A stretch of 64,000 bases of DNA from an uncultured bacterium (GCA_964428355.1 CAYRYU010000004.1:3261-67260), one strand, 5' to 3'. Counted from the first letter of the stretch, positions 27,133 through 37,812 are shown. Notes: a model not told the origin generated them from the sequence alone. Program-made: numbers and translations.

Positions 27133-28995
27133 ATGGGATATTCAGTCGAAGAAGTGATCGCCCTCCTCGACTCGGCGGACCATTCGACGAAGGCCTTCGC
27201 GCTCCAGTTCCTGATCAGGAACCTTTCCCTGACGGGGGATACCAAGGTCAGGGAGAAGGTCGACCTCCTGCTCCGCGACGATGATGTCACCATCCGCTTC
27301 TGGGCACGCAAGCTCGCCGAATGCTGTGAGCGTCTGGAGCGCAAGGAGGAGGAACTATCCCAGGGAAAACCTGCGGCTTATGGTGACGAGCTTCCGGCCG
27401 CCCTGGCGCCTGGAGACCTGGACCGGCTCTTCTCCGACCTCGTGAAGGCGGCCACCGGGAAGGACGGAGTCGAGATCCTCAAGGAGATCCTGACGCATGA
27501 TTCCCCAGGCCTCTCCGCGCGCCTCGTCGAATACCTGAAGGGTTGCCGGGATGTCGTGCAGGTTTCCTTTCTGACGAAACAGATCGGCCTGCGTTATCCT
27601 TCCCCCGAAACCCTGGTTGCCCTGGCCCCCTACCTCACCCACGAGGACGATCGCGTTGTCGCGAACACCATCGAAGGGATCGAAACTTCCGAGGATCCCA
27701 AGGTCGTCGCCCTCTTCGCCCAGCTCCTGAACCACCGGAGCCACCGCGTCAGGGGAAACGCGGCCCAGGCCATATCCAGATTCGATCCTGAGGCCGCCAG
27801 AGGCGTGGTTTCGAAGATGATTGGCATGCGGGAGCGACCGAACTTCGTAATCGCCGCCTGTCACGCCGCCAAGCAGATGAAGGACCGGTCCTTTCTTCCC
27901 GCCCTCCTGGCGTTGACCGATGACACCTGGGCTTCCGAGGAAGCGACCGGGGCTATCCTTGCCCTGGTTGTCGATGACGCATTTTCCGAAATGGAAAAGC
28001 TGCTCAAATCGCGGCCCCTCGATGTCCGTGCGGATTCCCTCCTGAAAACGCTTTGCGAGCGAGCCGAAGCGATCCGGAAGGGCTTCTCGAAACCCGATCC
28101 GGGTTTGAAATCATCGGGGGCTGGGGAACCGGGAAACCCGAACCAGGGCCTCTTCGGCCAGGACCGGGACGAAAACCGGATCTTCGATTTCCAGGTCCTC
28201 GAAAGAAAGATATTGGCGCTCGAGGAAGCGATCAACCTCGAGCAGGGTCAGGCGATGGCCCTCGAAAACCGCATCGAAGCCTTCGGACTTTTCTCCCGGA
28301 TCATCTACAGGCCACAGGAAAGCGAGATTTCCCTCATCTACTCCGAGACCAGATACGAACCTTTCTGGGACGTCCGTTTCCGGACCTTCATCGATTATTC
28401 CCGGCTGCGGGAGGCCGTCCTTCCAACCGACAAGCCTGTCGCGGAAGTGAAGATCGGCGGGCAGATAATCAAGGCCACGGATGGGAAGGTCAGGCTCAGC
28501 CTGGGGGAGCACTGTTCCGAGGAGAGCTGCCACGAGGTTTTCATCGACGCGTGTTCCGGAAAACGGGTCGACCTTTCGGTTCATGCAGCGAACCCGAAGC
28601 ACGAGATCGGGACTCCCGAGGAACTGCACGTAGCCGACTTGATTGTCCTTCCCGCAAAAGTGAAGGCCTCGGTGATCATGCGTGAGCTTCTTGCCGAGTT
28701 CGTGAAACCCGTAAAAGCCGATGAGATCAACGGTGAGAAGATCACGATCGAGCGGTTGAACCTGATGTTCAGGCCGATACACGCCTTCGAGTTCCAGTGG
28801 GGGCAGAAAACGGCTGTTCTGGAGATCGATGCGCTGACCGGTGCGATTTCCGCCGGCCGCGCCGTTAAGGAGCGGTTCCAGGCCGTATTCTCCACCGATA
28901 AGCTTTTCGAAATCGGATCGGAAGTCTTCGGGTTGGTGGTTCCCGGAGGGGAGATCGCCCTGAGACTTGCCCGCGCAGTAATGAAAAAGGGTTGA
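27133..28995 (+). CDS. HEAT-repeat (PBS-lyase-type) protein with unknown C-terminal domain; first gene of the phosphatase operon
   Basis: 620 aa. The N-terminal ~300 aa consist of HEAT-like repeats (VRGNAAQAISRF..., DDRVVANTIEGI...). The C-terminal half has no recognisable motif. The stop overlaps the start of the next gene. Confidence 0.7.
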   Translation: MGYSVEEVIALLDSADHSTKAFALQFLIRNLSLTGDTKVREKVDLLLRDDDVTIRFWARKLAECCERLERKEEELSQGKPAAYGDELPAALAPGDLDRLFSDLVKAATGKDGVEILKEILTHDSPGLSARLVEYLKGCRDVVQVSFLTKQIGLRYPSPETLVALAPYLTHEDDRVVANTIEGIETSEDPKVVALFAQLLNHRSHRVRGNAAQAISRFDPEAARGVVSKMIGMRERPNFVIAACHAAKQMKDRSFLPALLALTDDTWASEEATGAILALVVDDAFSEMEKLLKSRPLDVRADSLLKTLCERAEAIRKGFSKPDPGLKSSGAGEPGNPNQGLFGQDRDENRIFDFQVLERKILALEEAINLEQGQAMALENRIEAFGLFSRIIYRPQESEISLIYSETRYEPFWDVRFRTFIDYSRLREAVLPTDKPVAEVKIGGQIIKATDGKVRLSLGEHCSEESCHEVFIDACSGKRVDLSVHAANPKHEIGTPEELHVADLIVLPAKVKASVIMRELLAEFVKPVKADEINGEKITIERLNLMFRPIHAFEFQWGQKTAVLEIDALTGAISAGRAVKERFQAVFSTDKLFEIGSEVFGLVVPGGEIALRLARAVMKKG

Positions 28996-31799
28996 GGCCC
29001 GATTCCTTGGGCGGCTCCTTCCGAAACTGGGTCCTGATCGTCCTGTTTTTCGTCGCTTTGCCCGGCTTTTTCGCGGATCGGGCATTGACCATCCTCCGGG
29101 ACGAGTCGAACCGGAAGGAGCGGGAGGAACTCTTCCAGGATATGGAAGACGTCCTTCACCGGATCCTCCGGAGGGGTGCGCCGGAGTTTTCGGTGAAAGC
29201 CCTGGTCGACCGGGCATTCAAATACGGCCGTTCCGAAAAACTGCTTCTGCAGCTTCTCGAGCGGCTCCAAAAGTCGTATCGAAATCAATGGGAGTTCTTC
29301 CTTTTCGACCGGTCTGGAAAACCAGTTCCCTTCGGGGGAAGTCTTCCCGACAAGATTTCCGCCCGCCAGAGGGTTTTCCGGGCTCTCCTGGAAGCGAAGT
29401 TCGGGGGAAAGACTCCGTCCAAGACCGATGAGAAGCTCTCCCAGCAGATTCTTGGCGACAAATCCGCGATACTGAATCTTGCCAAAAGCCGGGGACACCT
29501 CCGGAAGCTGGGAAGCCCGATCCGTTACTCTTTCGGTGGTCTCTGGGAGATTCCCGGCGGCGGAAGCAGGAAGTTCCTTCTGGTCATGGTCCGGAAAGAT
29601 GGTTTCCCCTCTTTGCAACTTCTGAAGCAGGCCGTCAAAGTCGCGGGGGAAAAATGCCGGAAATTCTTCGACCTCACCCTGGTGGGAGATGAGCGAAGTC
29701 CGTCATTTGCGAAGCTTCCGGAGGAGGTCCGGGAAGTCCTGGCGGGTTCCAGTGCAAGGCAGGACGTTTTCGTCCGTGGAGCTTTCCAGGGCGCTTTCCT
29801 TGCCTGCCAGGGGGGAATGACCGCCCTGGCCTCGAACCGGAACCCCCTTTCGGCTGGGAAAACCATGGACGATCTTCGGGTCCTCGTGTGCGGGCTGGGG
29901 ATGTTCTTCGCTCTGGTCCTTATGAAACTGGTCGTGATAGGGAATCCGACCGAGATCTCCCTGCGCTGGGCGATACCCTTTCTCATCCTCGGCGCGACAC
30001 TTCCCGCCCTTGGTTACCTCGGAATGAGCATGACCGAACAACGGAAGCGGGTCCTCGAAAAGGAAACCTACGAAGCCCATCGGAATCTCGAAAACAGCCT
30101 GGTAAGGATCGACCAGGGCTTCTACCGTGAACTGGAAACATTGGCCCAGAAATACCAGGAAATCCTTGCCGAATTCTGCCAAAACCCCCTCACCCTGGGT
30201 ATGGAATCCGGTTCTGCGTCCGCTGTCCCCGAAATTGCCCGGGAAGCCTACATCTTCGATCAGGACGGTAAGATATCCCGGACGCTGAAATCGAATGCCG
30301 ATCACCCGGCCGATTCGAAGGCCCTTGCGGGGGGGTTCGTGGCGAAACTGACCGATGCCGTGTACGGAAGGGCTCCGATCGAGACTTTCGAGGATCCGAT
30401 CCTCCCTCACTACCTCAAACACCTGGGCTGGTTCACCGAGATCAAGCTGCTTGACGAGTACCTTTCGCAGTTCGTCGAAATGAGACCCGTTCCCCAGACG
30501 GGAGGGATGCTCGGAATCTTCGTGAGCCATCTCCTCCCCAAGCTCGTCCGTCTCCACCTCCGGAAAGTGCTGAGGAACCCTGCGGACCGTGGAAACGCCC
30601 CGTTCGCAATCGTGGCCTTCGATGGGGAAACCCTGCTGGGCTCGATCCCGCGTTCTTTCCTTCGAAACCCAGACGGAATGCGCATTGCCGAAAGGGTTCT
30701 CCAGACCGGGAAAGCCGTTGACGGGACGATTCTCAACCCCACCGGGCAGCGGCTGCTCCTGACCGCTTTTCCCGGTCGCAGGCTGGACGGGTTCATCCTG
30801 GTTGCCGGAAGCGACCCGGAACCCCTCAACCTGGGAGACCATCTCCTTGTTGACTGGACCTGGAAAACCGCTGGGGTTCTCATCCTGATCGCGTTTTTTT
30901 CCGCGGGTTTCCTCGTCAGGAAGATCCTGGGGGCGCTGAGGGTTCTCACGGGAGGAATCGACCGGATCCGTTCGAAGGATTTCCTGATGGAACTGCCTTT
31001 GGAGGGGACCGACGAGTTCGCGCAGCTCGCCAGGGGAATAGAAAAGGCGGGAGTGACGCTCGAGGAGATATTTTCGTCCCTTCCAGTCCAGGAAACGCTG
31101 GTCCGATGCGAGCCGTTCAAACACCCAAACATCCGGACCGGGAGCATCTTCTTCCCCTGCGAAGAGCCGGGGGGTGACTTCCTGGACGGGTTCCCGACTT
31201 CCGATGGGAAGTTCCTGTTCGCGATAGGCGATGTCCTGGGGGAAGGATGGCAGACGACCCTGGTGACAGCGGCCATACGGATGGGCCTGCGTGTTTTCGC
31301 CGAACGCGGATTCGCCTCTCTTACAGATCTTGGTCACCGATTGAACCGGCATTTCATAGGTTTCCGGGGTTCGAACCGCCGGATGACGATCCTCCTGGGA
31401 CTTCTCGACCCTGACAATGGTGATCTGGAGTGCGTGGGGGGAGGCCATTGCCTTCCGATCCTGCTCGGGCGGGACGGCCCAGCCTGGCTCCCTCGGGCGG
31501 GACTTCCACTCGGTTCGACCGGAAAGAAGGCCATGGAGGCATTTTCCCGGCGCCTTTCACCCGGCGACTCGCTGCTGTTGTACACCGACGGATGGGCGAA
31601 AACCTCCAATCCCGCTTCCGAACCACTGGGTTACGAAAGGTTTCTTCGGATCGCGGGGGATTTGAAAGGAACATCCCCTGATGAGAAGCTTCTGGACCTG
31701 GAAAAAGGGATCATCGAATCGGGGTTTTCAAAATCCCCTGAAGATGATAGGTCGGCCCTCCTCATCTCCTTTGGTAGGGAAAGGGAGGGTGGGAAATGA
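28992..31799 (+). CDS. Membrane sensor with HAMP and PP2C-type (SpoIIE / RsbU family) phosphatase domain; phosphatase signature degenerate
   Basis: 935 aa with N-terminal TM, large periplasmic region, second TM block and a HAMP-like segment. The C-terminal PP2C domain has GGDFLD, TILLGLLDPDNG, GGGHCLPILL and LLLYTDGW, but IGDVLGEG where canonical enzymes have GDVSG(H/K)G. Confidence 0.8.
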   Translation: MRPDSLGGSFRNWVLIVLFFVALPGFFADRALTILRDESNRKEREELFQDMEDVLHRILRRGAPEFSVKALVDRAFKYGRSEKLLLQLLERLQKSYRNQWEFFLFDRSGKPVPFGGSLPDKISARQRVFRALLEAKFGGKTPSKTDEKLSQQILGDKSAILNLAKSRGHLRKLGSPIRYSFGGLWEIPGGGSRKFLLVMVRKDGFPSLQLLKQAVKVAGEKCRKFFDLTLVGDERSPSFAKLPEEVREVLAGSSARQDVFVRGAFQGAFLACQGGMTALASNRNPLSAGKTMDDLRVLVCGLGMFFALVLMKLVVIGNPTEISLRWAIPFLILGATLPALGYLGMSMTEQRKRVLEKETYEAHRNLENSLVRIDQGFYRELETLAQKYQEILAEFCQNPLTLGMESGSASAVPEIAREAYIFDQDGKISRTLKSNADHPADSKALAGGFVAKLTDAVYGRAPIETFEDPILPHYLKHLGWFTEIKLLDEYLSQFVEMRPVPQTGGMLGIFVSHLLPKLVRLHLRKVLRNPADRGNAPFAIVAFDGETLLGSIPRSFLRNPDGMRIAERVLQTGKAVDGTILNPTGQRLLLTAFPGRRLDGFILVAGSDPEPLNLGDHLLVDWTWKTAGVLILIAFFSAGFLVRKILGALRVLTGGIDRIRSKDFLMELPLEGTDEFAQLARGIEKAGVTLEEIFSSLPVQETLVRCEPFKHPNIRTGSIFFPCEEPGGDFLDGFPTSDGKFLFAIGDVLGEGWQTTLVTAAIRMGLRVFAERGFASLTDLGHRLNRHFIGFRGSNRRMTILLGLLDPDNGDLECVGGGHCLPILLGRDGPAWLPRAGLPLGSTGKKAMEAFSRRLSPGDSLLLYTDGWAKTSNPASEPLGYERFLRIAGDLKGTSPDEKLLDLEKGIIESGFSKSPEDDRSALLISFGREREGGK

Positions 31800-34700
31800 C
31801 CCGCGGTCTGGCAGGGGAACCAAGGAACCGTTGGGGGCTCCCCGCATGGTTCCTCTTGGTAATCCTTTTCTGGCTTCCCTTCGAATTCCTGTTGATGAAC
31901 GGACTGCACCGGTCACATGAAGCCTTGGTCGAAGGAGCGGATGGGATCGTCCGGAACCTCCTCAGGGGAAAGATCCTCGAGTTCAGATACCTTCTCCAGG
32001 CGGAAAACGCCCTTTCCGCGAGAATGAAAGTCGCGGTCGAGGTTGCCAGGACCTCCGGCTCTCCGGAAGAATGGTTCGGACGGGTGAAAGGGGCGCTGGG
32101 AGATTTCCCCGCGGGTTCCTTCGAACTGCTCTTGACCAATGGAAGAGAGGTCATACCGGTCACCCCCGGCTGGGATCCTGCGACACTCTCGCATTTTCTG
32201 GGGATCACCATCGAAAAGGCGGAATGCTTCTCCAATACCACACTGGCGGCGGCCTACCTTCGAAAACATATCTCGGACGCGGAATTCTTCGGGGTGGAAC
32301 GTTTCTCAAAATGGAAATGGATCCCTCTTCCCGGAAAGCAGGGATTCCCCAACCAGGTTTTCGATCGAAACTGGCTTCCGGATACGGTTTTCACGATCTA
32401 CCGGACACCGCGGAATACCTGGGGCGCTTTCGGCCGGGTTGGGGAGGAGGGTTGGACGTATCTGATCCGGTTCCACAGACAGAACCTTCCGGAGGGCTTC
32501 CTGTTGGGGATTTCCGACCAGGCGGCCCGCGAGCGGGGAATTCCGGTTACACGCGAAGGTTTCGGGCCCCCGGTTCCGGAAGAGTCGAAGCCCGGTTGGT
32601 TGAGCGAAATCCATGAGGCAATTTCCGGCAGGGGAGTGAGTCTGCGGGAGTTCGATGAAAAAGCGGGCTGGCTTGTGGGGCGCGGAAGGATTCCCCGGAG
32701 CCTCTGGGCTTTTCTGATCCTTGCGCATATCGCGAACTTCTTTCTGAGCATCGCAGCTCTGGGCGGGGTTTTCCGGCTTCTCCAGGGGGAAAGTTATGAC
32801 CGGTTGGCGGTTTCGAGGAAGGTTTTCCTCGGTTTGCTCGGAGGCGCGGGGTTGCCGCTGGTCTTCGCCCTCATCGCAACGGAGGGGGCAACGGGTGCCC
32901 GTATCTTCCGCGAAATCCAGAAAAGCCAGTTGGAAATGGACCAGTCCCTGCGGCTGATCGAGTCGGAGTTCGAGAAGTTCACCCAGGAGATCGGCCAGGA
33001 TCACCGGGAGGACGCGAAGGGGATAGAATACCCCTGGGACCCGGTTCGCGGGGAGAGATGGGTCGACCAGATGTCCACCCGACATGAGGTGATTTCCCAG
33101 ATTGAGGTGATTTCGTCGGCCGGGGTCAGGCTGACTGCCCGCGGACCCTTCTCCTGGTCGTGTTATCGTGCGTCCCGTCTTCCGAGAGAACCTCGGGAAG
33201 AACATTTCCGGAGGTGGTCGAGGCGGGGGTTCCTGTTTCTCAAGGAAGACCTCGACATGCTTTCCCTCGATGATCCCGGTCAGCCCTCCCCAACCAGTGA
33301 CAAGCTTTTCCGGCTCGTAACGGAGCTTGCGAAGAACAACCCAAAGATGATCAAGCTGAGGTTGATCGAGGTCCTAGGGAAGAGGGTCTGTGCGGCGGTG
33401 AACGGAATCGGGGACACGGGCTCCGAGGAATCGTCGGGAGGCGGTGACGCCCTGATCGAGGTGGCTTTCAAGGGACGCGATGCCGAATTCTTCCAGGACA
33501 TCCTGGTCTCGCTCGGGTTGCTCAAGCCGGTCCAGTTCGGAATGTTCAGGGGCCTTTCATTTTCCGACGTCGTTCGCGACAAGACAGGGCGGGCGCAGTT
33601 CTTCGTCGTGATCTTCCACCGGGTCTCCGACCTGACTGAGAAGTTCCTCTACCAGGTCGGCTCCCGCAGACTGTTTCCCGACCGGTACTCCTTCCTCGGA
33701 ATCTCGATGTTCTACGCCAAGGTGGATTTCGGAGGGGGCCTGGAAGAGAGCCGGAGGCTCATGGTGGAAGACCTTTTCACCGAGATCGGACAGAACTTCC
33801 ACGGGATCCTCCCCGACGAGGAGGGCTATCCCCGGCTGTTCGCGATCAGCCGGGGGCGGGGCACCCCTGATTACACTCTCGCCCTTTCCCTTCCCATGGC
33901 CGAAATCGCCAGGTCGATAATCCAGGAGAGACGGCTGCAGATTTCCTTCCTTCTTTTCCTGCTTCTTGCGCTGATCGGAATCTCCTGGTGGCTTCGGCGG
34001 TTGCTGTTGAAGCCGCTGGGCAACCTCCAGACCCTGGTGAACGCCATGGTCAACGGGACCTACGAAGGCCTCCGGATCGAACCCGGGATAGGGGAGCTGG
34101 GCACCCTGGCAGGCTTGTTTGCCGACACCCTCGACGGAATCCGGCAGATGGACATGGCCCGGATCATCCAGGACCAGCTCCTCCCTTCCGCCCCGGTCGA
34201 GGCAGGGGGATTCCGGATGGCCGGGAAGTCGCTGATGATGTCCCAGGTCGGAGGGGACTATTTCGACATGATCCCCCGCGGGAAGGACCGTCTTCTTCTC
34301 GTGGTCGGGGATGTATCCGGACATGGGCTTTCCGCCGCGATCATCGTGGCGATGATGAAATCGGGGCTGACCGCTCTCGCGGAGACCGACCTGGAACCCA
34401 ACGATATCCTCCAGCTGATCAATGGCGTGATGTTCAAGACGCTGGCGAGGAAGAAGATGATGACCGTTTTCCTCGGTAGCCTGGACGTAATCGGCGGCCG
34501 CTTCACCTACACGAACGCAGGCCACAACTTCCCCTACCTCCGCCAGCAGTATGGGGACGGGACATTCCTCAAGCAGGCGAATCTCCCGCTGGGCGCAGTC
34601 GTGACCCGAAAGTACAAGGTTGATTCGATAGTCCTGGGCAAGGGTGATCTCCTGATCCTTTACTCCGACGGAATAACCGAGGTGGTCAACCCTGCCGGAA

Positions 34701-34861
34701 AGATCCCGGGTTATGGGGGGGTGAAGGAGTTTTTGGATTCGGTGGAATCGAGAGACCCGCTGGTGGTTGTGCCCGCCGTGATCGAGTTCGCCCGCGGGTT
34801 TTCCCAGGGTGTCCCCTTCCAGGACGACCTCACCGTTCTTGTACTGAATCGCCTCGGATGA
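31796..34861 (+). CDS. Membrane sensor with HAMP and canonical PP2C-type (SpoIIE family) phosphatase domain
   Basis: 1021 aa, start overlapping the upstream stop (ATGA). Two TM blocks and a HAMP-like linker. The PP2C motifs are GGDYFDM, VVGDVSGHGLSAA, TYTNAGHNFPYL and LLILYSDGITE. It is a paralog of the preceding gene. Confidence 0.85.
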   Translation: MTRGLAGEPRNRWGLPAWFLLVILFWLPFEFLLMNGLHRSHEALVEGADGIVRNLLRGKILEFRYLLQAENALSARMKVAVEVARTSGSPEEWFGRVKGALGDFPAGSFELLLTNGREVIPVTPGWDPATLSHFLGITIEKAECFSNTTLAAAYLRKHISDAEFFGVERFSKWKWIPLPGKQGFPNQVFDRNWLPDTVFTIYRTPRNTWGAFGRVGEEGWTYLIRFHRQNLPEGFLLGISDQAARERGIPVTREGFGPPVPEESKPGWLSEIHEAISGRGVSLREFDEKAGWLVGRGRIPRSLWAFLILAHIANFFLSIAALGGVFRLLQGESYDRLAVSRKVFLGLLGGAGLPLVFALIATEGATGARIFREIQKSQLEMDQSLRLIESEFEKFTQEIGQDHREDAKGIEYPWDPVRGERWVDQMSTRHEVISQIEVISSAGVRLTARGPFSWSCYRASRLPREPREEHFRRWSRRGFLFLKEDLDMLSLDDPGQPSPTSDKLFRLVTELAKNNPKMIKLRLIEVLGKRVCAAVNGIGDTGSEESSGGGDALIEVAFKGRDAEFFQDILVSLGLLKPVQFGMFRGLSFSDVVRDKTGRAQFFVVIFHRVSDLTEKFLYQVGSRRLFPDRYSFLGISMFYAKVDFGGGLEESRRLMVEDLFTEIGQNFHGILPDEEGYPRLFAISRGRGTPDYTLALSLPMAEIARSIIQERRLQISFLLFLLLALIGISWWLRRLLLKPLGNLQTLVNAMVNGTYEGLRIEPGIGELGTLAGLFADTLDGIRQMDMARIIQDQLLPSAPVEAGGFRMAGKSLMMSQVGGDYFDMIPRGKDRLLLVVGDVSGHGLSAAIIVAMMKSGLTALAETDLEPNDILQLINGVMFKTLARKKMMTVFLGSLDVIGGRFTYTNAGHNFPYLRQQYGDGTFLKQANLPLGAVVTRKYKVDSIVLGKGDLLILYSDGITEVVNPAGKIPGYGGVKEFLDSVESRDPLVVVPAVIEFARGFSQGVPFQDDLTVLVLNRLG

Positions 34862-34953
34862 CCGGGGCCAAAAATGAACGCGGCCGTGACCAACTTCGAC
34901 TGGTCAGGGCCGCGAGAAACTGACAGGGTGCTCTTTGAAAGGTCCGCTTTTCG

Positions 34954-35454
34954 CTATTTTGGCTTGCGGACTGCGACGGCGAAGAATCCCGGGGCGGTGT
35001 GGTCACGATCACGGAAATAGGCTTTTCCATCCCAGAATTCCACATAGTATGATTTGTCCGAAGGGGGTTCGCATGCGTCGGCCCAGGCGGATTCATCCCC
35101 GATGGGAGAGTTTGATTGGACTTCCTTGTACAGCTCCTGAAGGTCCTGTCTGGTGGGAATATCCCAACCATCATCGAGACTCAATATCCACTTCACTGAA
35201 TCGTCCCAGGAGATGCAGTTGCTTCCCACACACCATTCTCTTCCGGCGGCCTGGAAGGTCCTCACGGGCATTTCAAAGGCACCGGCGTTGTTCGAGCTCC
35301 TGACCGCTTCATTATCCAAAGTCTGCACGGTTTGTTCCACGGCAGTCTGGTTTTCCCCGTATTCCGGGGTGTTCTGCCCAAAAGCCATCCCATTTCCGAA
35401 CAATCCAAGGACCAACAGGAAGTATAGACACCCTGAAATCACCTTGCTGTTCAT
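34954..35454 (-). CDS. Secreted DUF1566 (Lcl C-terminal domain)-like protein
   Basis: ATG at 35454 with GGAGGG just upstream; signal peptide MNSKVISGCLYFLLVLGLFGNGMA. DUF1566 signature DDGWDIPTRQDLQELY. Confidence 0.55.
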   Translation of the reverse strand: MNSKVISGCLYFLLVLGLFGNGMAFGQNTPEYGENQTAVEQTVQTLDNEAVRSSNNAGAFEMPVRTFQAAGREWCVGSNCISWDDSVKWILSLDDGWDIPTRQDLQELYKEVQSNSPIGDESAWADACEPPSDKSYYVEFWDGKAYFRDRDHTAPGFFAVAVRKPK

Positions 35455-35671
35455 ATTCCCTCCGCCTTCTTTGTCCTTAAGGACAGGTTTCTTCAAGTTC
35501 TCACATTATTGAAAACGTCCGAGTCGGCAGGGGTGTTGAAGTTTTCGCGAAGGGTGGAAATTTTCCCCCCGGGCCGGTGTATCCCGCCCGTGATGGTGGA
35601 GATTGAGGGAAATGAAGCATTCCCGCTTCAACCGGGCGTCAGAAAGGTGGGAAGTGTCGCTTTCGGGGCCC

Positions 35672-37747
35672 TCAGCGGAGGTCGACGACGAGGCATGTGA
35701 AATCGTCGTGAAGGTTGTCCGGTCCGGCGAATCCACGGACTTCCTTCAGGATGGCCTCCGCTGTCGCCTGTGGTGGAAGGGATGATGTCTCCCTGAAAAG
35801 TTTCCGGAGACGGTCCTCACCGAAGAAATCCCCTTGTTTGTTTCGCGCTTCCAGGACCCCGTCGGAAACGAGGAGAAGGCGGTCGTTGGTTGAGAAGCCC
35901 GTTGTCCGGTTCGTCAGTGGAACATCGTTACGCAAACCAAGGGGTGCGGATTCCGAAGGATGGGAGGCGATCTCCCCCATTTCTCCACCAAGTACAAGGA
36001 CGGCGGGATGACCAGCGTTCATGATGGTGATGGTTCCCGCTCCCAGGTCGATCCGGCAGTAGACCATCGTCACGAAAACCGACAGGCGTTCGAGGCGGGG
36101 TCCGATGTCCTTCTGAAGTTCTGCAATGATCGCTTCGACCCGGGGAAGGACCCCGTGCCCGCTTCCGACGAGCCGGGTAACGATCCTCAGGACGGCCTCC
36201 TTGGTCGATGCCCCGATCAGGGCCGCCGAGATTCCCTTCCCCATCACGTCTCCGATCACGATATCGATGATGTGATCGTTCAGGATGATGAAATCCGTGA
36301 AATCCCCGTCGACCAGGAGGGAGGGGCATGAACAGAGGCCGAACTCAGCCTTTTGGAGATTCCGGGGAGGCTCGCTTGCCAGCAACGTCTGCTGGATCTG
36401 GACGGCGGTATTCTCCTCCTGGAGACGCACCTGCCTCAACTCCTCCTCGATCCGTTTCCGGGGGGTTATCACCATCGCGATTATCATCCCGAACTGGACC
36501 TCGCCTGCGGGGTTCCGAACCGGGGCGAAACGCATCTCGTACCAGTCTTCCTTGAAAAACACTTCCATTGTGCTGTCCCTGCCTTTCAGGACTTCGCGGA
36601 TTCCCTGGTGGATCCCGGGAAAACGGTCTTCCGGGAAGAAATCCACGACAGGCTTGCCTTCGAGGGACTTCCGGAATCCCTTCAGGTTGCGAAGGTTCTC
36701 CCCGGCCGCCATAACGAATCGGATGTCTTGGTCGAAGAGAAGCACCATTCCGCTCGTGAAGTTCCGCATCAATGCACGGTATTTGGAATCCGTCGTCTGG
36801 AACTTCCTTTCCGCCCGGAAACGAAGCAGGGAGTTGGCGAACAGTTCGGCGGTAAGTCGGAGAAGGCTCAGGTCTTCATCGGCCCAGGCCCGGTCTGCCT
36901 GGCATCCATCCACTCCGAGATATCCGATGGTCCTTCCCTTGACTTTCAGCGGAAGACCCAGATGGGTGTGAATCCCCCGGCTCCGAAGGTATTCGATCTC
37001 CTGCTGGGACATCGGGGGGGAAACCAGGCACGAAGGCGAGTTGCACCTGCTCATGATCCCGGATGCCTTCGTGTTTTGGATTACGGAAAGGCTGATTCCC
37101 GAGATCCTGCCCTTGCGGCTGAAAATTCCCGAAAGGCTCCATTCGAAGACCTTTTCGACGGTCTTCTCGTCTTCTGAAAGCAGGAAAAGAAAGGCGTGGT
37201 CGGCCTGGATGTACCGGCCGATATTTTCCAGGCTGGAGGTAATCGTCGCCTCGATGTTCTCCCCGTCGATCATCAGGAATCCCGCGGAAAGCTTGCAGAC
37301 AAGAGCTTCGATCTCGAACCTCTTCTGGAAGATTGAAAGAAGCGGGTGTTCCAGGAGCGGATCCCGGCAGACAGCAAGGAATACATCCCCGTCTCCGAAG
37401 GGAACAGGAGAGAATTGTACCTGGAGGGGTTTGGCGGTTCCCTCGGAGGTGACGAAGGTGAAAATGTTCTTCCGCGAGGACGGCGGGATTCCCGTTTGGA
37501 AGAAGTGTTTCGCGGAATCGCTTTCCGCCGATCTCAGAAGGTCTGCCCAGTGGGCTCCGATGAGGTTGTGGGGTGTACGCCTGAGGGTCTTCTCGAAAAT
37601 GGGATTCACCAGCGTGATGATCCCGTTGAACCGGACTGCGAAGGCAGGTTGGTCGAGGGAATCGAGGAAATCCTGGAACTCCGGGGTGGACGTGGCCTCG
37701 GGATCGTGGCCCCAGTTTGGCCCAATTGCTTTCAGGGGGAATTCCAT
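35672..37747 (-). CDS. Cytoplasmic PAS-GAF-PAS PP2C-type phosphatase (RsbU / SpoIIE family)
   Basis: Sensory PAS/GAF-like regions (e.g. GRTIGYLGVDGCQ), then the C-terminal PP2C domain with VDGDFTDF, VIGDVMGKGISAAL, ITIMNAGHPAVL and LLLVSDGVLEA. The start at MEFPLK (37747) or at the track M1 (37786) is uncertain. Confidence 0.8.
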   Translation of the reverse strand: MEFPLKAIGPNWGHDPEATSTPEFQDFLDSLDQPAFAVRFNGIITLVNPIFEKTLRRTPHNLIGAHWADLLRSAESDSAKHFFQTGIPPSSRKNIFTFVTSEGTAKPLQVQFSPVPFGDGDVFLAVCRDPLLEHPLLSIFQKRFEIEALVCKLSAGFLMIDGENIEATITSSLENIGRYIQADHAFLFLLSEDEKTVEKVFEWSLSGIFSRKGRISGISLSVIQNTKASGIMSRCNSPSCLVSPPMSQQEIEYLRSRGIHTHLGLPLKVKGRTIGYLGVDGCQADRAWADEDLSLLRLTAELFANSLLRFRAERKFQTTDSKYRALMRNFTSGMVLLFDQDIRFVMAAGENLRNLKGFRKSLEGKPVVDFFPEDRFPGIHQGIREVLKGRDSTMEVFFKEDWYEMRFAPVRNPAGEVQFGMIIAMVITPRKRIEEELRQVRLQEENTAVQIQQTLLASEPPRNLQKAEFGLCSCPSLLVDGDFTDFIILNDHIIDIVIGDVMGKGISAALIGASTKEAVLRIVTRLVGSGHGVLPRVEAIIAELQKDIGPRLERLSVFVTMVYCRIDLGAGTITIMNAGHPAVLVLGGEMGEIASHPSESAPLGLRNDVPLTNRTTGFSTNDRLLLVSDGVLEARNKQGDFFGEDRLRKLFRETSSLPPQATAEAILKEVRGFAGPDNLHDDFTCLVVDLR

Positions 37748-37795
37748 TTCGAAGAGCCTCCCGGTCAATTCAGAGCACGGCCCCATTTAATATTG

Positions 37796-37812
37796 TGGTA
37801 CCCAAGGTACCA
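37796..37812. promoter_or_regulatory. Perfect 7-3-7 palindrome TGGTACC-CAA-GGTACCA in the divergent promoter region (candidate operator)
   Basis: Lies immediately upstream of the PAS-GAF-PP2C gene (minus) and 150 nt upstream of the STAS gene (plus). It is flanked by the AT-rich tttaatatt, and this is the lowest-GC spot in the region. Confidence 0.4.

Noticed and set aside
29703-31448. 581-aa minus-strand ORF
   Set aside because: Antisense to the first HAMP-PP2C gene; no motifs.
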